Source: an uncultured bacterium
Lineage (GTDB): Bacteria; SAR324; NAC60-12
Length of the DNA: 32,544 nt
NCBI GenBank assembly: GCA_964010765.1
Contig: CAXGMD010000038.1
Coordinates: forward strand, 1-32,544
Direction of reading: 5' to 3'
Shown here piece by piece: positions 30,008-32,544 of the stretch. Position 1 is the first letter of the stretch, and each line of letters opens with the position of its first letter. Position numbers and translations under genes: made by a program. The notes beneath the pieces were generated by a model. That model saw only the letters and a list, made by a program, of their open reading frames with translations, was not told where the DNA came from and did no database searches.

Positions 30008-30948
30008 CCAACCCCGGAACTGCACTAAATTTAGATTGGCTGGAAGACGTCCGTGTCAATGCCAGTGCCGTCAGTCGGCGAACCCAATCCTTGACTGGAC
30101 GGCGAAGCGTCAAAGGACGATGGCAAACTGCCTGGCTGCTACATGCGATTCAGTGTATGGATTTGACGACACTCTCCAGTGACGACACACCAAAGCGTGT
30201 CCACCGACTCTGCGCAAAAGCTCGACAGCCGATTCGTCCAGAACTGGTGAAGTCTCTCGGGATCGAATCTCTAACTCTTCAAGTTGGAGCCGTCTGTGTC
30301 TATCATGCCTTCGTCAATACAGCGGTCACTGCTCTGAAAGACACGAACATTCCTGTTGCTGCAGTTGCTGCAGGTTTTCCTCATGGTCTTAGTCCCCTTT
30401 CCGCCAAACTCAGCGAAATTCGAGCGTCTGTTGAGGACGGAGCCCAAGAAATCGACATCGTCATTAGCCGCCATCATGTGCTGACAGGAAATTGGCCGGC
30501 CCTATATGATGAGGTAGCTGCATTCAAAGAAGCCTGTGGAGCAGCCCATTTAAAAACTATCTTGGGCACTGGAGACTTGGGTACTTTTCGAAATGTTGCA
30601 AAAGCCAGCTGGGTTTGTCTGATGGCTGGAGCAGATTTCATCAAGACCTCCACAGGGAAAGAGGCTGTGAATGCTACCCTCCCAGTAGCACTGGTTATGT
30701 TGCGAGTGTTGCGAGACTATCATCAGCGTACAGGACACTGGGCAGGCTTTAAGCCAGCTGGAGGCATTAGCACTGCCAAACAGGCACTTGACTGGCAAGT
30801 GTTGGTTCGAGAAGAGTTAGGATTCGATGCTCAACAGCCTGCCCGCTTTCGCTTTGGTGCCAGTGGCTTATTGACCGATATTGAACGCCAACTTGAACAT
30901 CGTGTGACAGGGCGATACGCCACCGCTGCCCGACAACCCCTCTGCTGA
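30004..30948 (+). CDS. deoC: Deoxyribose-phosphate aldolase (long type)
   Basis: GTG overlapping the upstream stop; MDLTTL, AVCVY, GFPHG, EIDIV, HLKTIL, GADFIKTSTGK, GFKPAGGI, RFGASGLL. Confidence 0.95.
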   Translation: MTNPGTALNLDWLEDVRVNASAVSRRTQSLTGRRSVKGRWQTAWLLHAIQCMDLTTLSSDDTPKRVHRLCAKARQPIRPELVKSLGIESLTLQVGAVCVYHAFVNTAVTALKDTNIPVAAVAAGFPHGLSPLSAKLSEIRASVEDGAQEIDIVISRHHVLTGNWPALYDEVAAFKEACGAAHLKTILGTGDLGTFRNVAKASWVCLMAGADFIKTSTGKEAVNATLPVALVMLRVLRDYHQRTGHWAGFKPAGGISTAKQALDWQVLVREELGFDAQQPARFRFGASGLLTDIERQLEHRVTGRYATAARQPLC

Positions 30949-30954
30949 TCTCCA

Positions 30955-32544
30955 ATGAGTGACTTAGTGACGTTGTTCCAAAAATTGGATTACGGCCCTG
31001 CTCCTGAAAGTGACCAACCAGCCCAACAATGGCTGGAGAGCCATCATCGCAGCTTTGGCTTCTACCTCAATGGCAACTGGGAGCTGCCCAAAGATGCTGA
31101 GCTATTTTCTGTGGAAAATCCTGCCACTGGTGAACAACTCGCCACTTGTCGGCAAGCAGGTTCCAGAGAAATTGCACAGGCATTATCAGGGGCCAGGGAA
31201 GCACAACCGAAGTGGGAGAAACTAACTGGTCATCAACGGGCAAAATACCTTTATGCACTCGCTCGGGAAATGCAGCAGCATTCACGTGTACTTTCGGTGC
31301 TGGAGACACTGGATAACGGCAAGCCATTCCGAGAATCACGTGACATCGACATCCCGTTGGCAGTACGGCATTTTTACCATCATGCGGGTTGGGCTCAGCT
31401 AGTTGAGGAAGAGTATCCCCAGCACGTTGCTACAGGAGTGGTCGGGCAGATCATACCCTGGAATTTCCCTTTGTTGATGCTCGCCTGGAAAGTTGCTCCA
31501 GCCTTAGCTTGTGGGAACACTGTTCTGCTTAAACCAGCAGAACAAACGCCGTTGACAGCAATCTGGTTTGCAGAATGTTGTCATCGAATTGGCTTGCCTG
31601 CCGGAGTGTTTCAATTGCTCACTGGAGATGGACGGACGGGTGAGGAGTTGGTCTGCAGCAATGGTCTCGACAAAATTGCCTTCACCGGTTCTACCTCTGT
31701 TGGGAAACGCATTCGGGAACTGACCGCCGATTCAGATTGTAAATTAACGCTGGAACTCGGTGGCAAATCTCCTTTCATCGTTTTCGAAGATGCAGATCTG
31801 GATGCTGCTGTTGAAGGGGTAGTTGATGCGATATGGTTGAATCAAGGAGAGGTCTGTTGCGCTGGCTCAAGGTTATTGCTTCAAGAGAGCATTGCCGAAA
31901 AAATGGTTGGGAAATTACAACAGCGCATGCAGCAACTACGTGTTGGTAATCCGCTGGATAAAGCAATCGATATTGGATCATTGGTTAGCAAAGTCCAATT
32001 AGAGCGTGTAAAGAGAATGACCACTGAGGGTGCTGAGAACGGAGCCACTCTCTGGCAACCTCAAATTAGTTTGCCTGAAACGGGCTGCTTCTTTGCTCCC
32101 ACTCTTGCCATCGATGTGGATCCCTCCTCTGTTCTTGCTCAAGAAGAGATTTTTGGACCAATAGCAGCCACCATGACGTTCCGGACCCCAAGTGAAGCTC
32201 TTGAATTGGCAAACAACACCATATATGGCCTAGCTGGAAGTGTTTGGAGTGAGAACATCAATCAGGCCCTACACCTGGCGCCATCTCTACAAGCAGGGGT
32301 TGTTTGGGTAAACTGTACAAATCAGTTTGATGCGGCCTGTGGTTTTGGTGGATATCGAGAGAGTGGATACGGAAGAGAAGGTGGTCGAGAGGGTTTGCTT
32401 GAATATATGAAGCCCAAGGTGACGGCATTTACAGGTAAAAAACTGAAGCGTCCCGACGTCCAGGGCCTAGGTCACACAACCACTCTCAAAGGATCGGAAA
32501 TACATCGTACCGCAAAATTTTTCATTGCAGGTAAACAAGCCCGA
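30955..32544 (+). CDS. Aldehyde dehydrogenase, long ALDH16-like type, partial (runs off the window)
   Basis: Not in the ORF track because no stop lies in the window. From ATG at 30955: MSDLVTLFQKLDYGPAPES, ETLDNGKP.RESRDID, QIIPWNFP, LKPAE, FTGST, LELGGKSP, GEVCCAGSR, EEIFGP, FGGYRESG, then HRTAKFFIAGKQAR. Confidence 0.92.
   Translation, partial: MSDLVTLFQKLDYGPAPESDQPAQQWLESHHRSFGFYLNGNWELPKDAELFSVENPATGEQLATCRQAGSREIAQALSGAREAQPKWEKLTGHQRAKYLYALAREMQQHSRVLSVLETLDNGKPFRESRDIDIPLAVRHFYHHAGWAQLVEEEYPQHVATGVVGQIIPWNFPLLMLAWKVAPALACGNTVLLKPAEQTPLTAIWFAECCHRIGLPAGVFQLLTGDGRTGEELVCSNGLDKIAFTGSTSVGKRIRELTADSDCKLTLELGGKSPFIVFEDADLDAAVEGVVDAIWLNQGEVCCAGSRLLLQESIAEKMVGKLQQRMQQLRVGNPLDKAIDIGSLVSKVQLERVKRMTTEGAENGATLWQPQISLPETGCFFAPTLAIDVDPSSVLAQEEIFGPIAATMTFRTPSEALELANNTIYGLAGSVWSENINQALHLAPSLQAGVVWVNCTNQFDAACGFGGYRESGYGREGGREGLLEYMKPKVTAFTGKKLKRPDVQGLGHTTTLKGSEIHRTAKFFIAGKQAR

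Overview
Bacterial chromosomal region (Gram-negative gene content, roughly 45-50% GC by eye) made of four catabolic blocks. No RNA genes, mobile elements or CRISPR arrays were seen. (1) A minus-strand operon: an MBL-fold hydrolase interrupted by one in-frame stop, TetR, an IorAB-type molybdoenzyme and a partial glyoxalase I, with a palindromic TetR-type operator and an MFS gene upstream. (2) A plus-strand GntR/UTRA - mtnK - sugar ABC - mtnA - RuBisCO-like protein (RLP) cluster, followed by a decayed CXXCW rhodanese-like gene. The RLP has Ile where the carbamylated Lys normally sits (IEDH instead of KDDH/KDDE), which is the most unusual signal in the window. (3) A minus-strand operon of unknown substrate: TRAP transporter, ketopantoate-reductase-like protein, class II aldolase, core MetE-like protein and pobA. 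(4) A plus-strand (deoxy)pentose cluster: xylose-isomerase-like protein, two PfkB kinases, RbsD/FucU, an ABC importer, deoC and a partial ALDH16-like aldehyde dehydrogenase. All family calls come from motif recognition; no searches were run.
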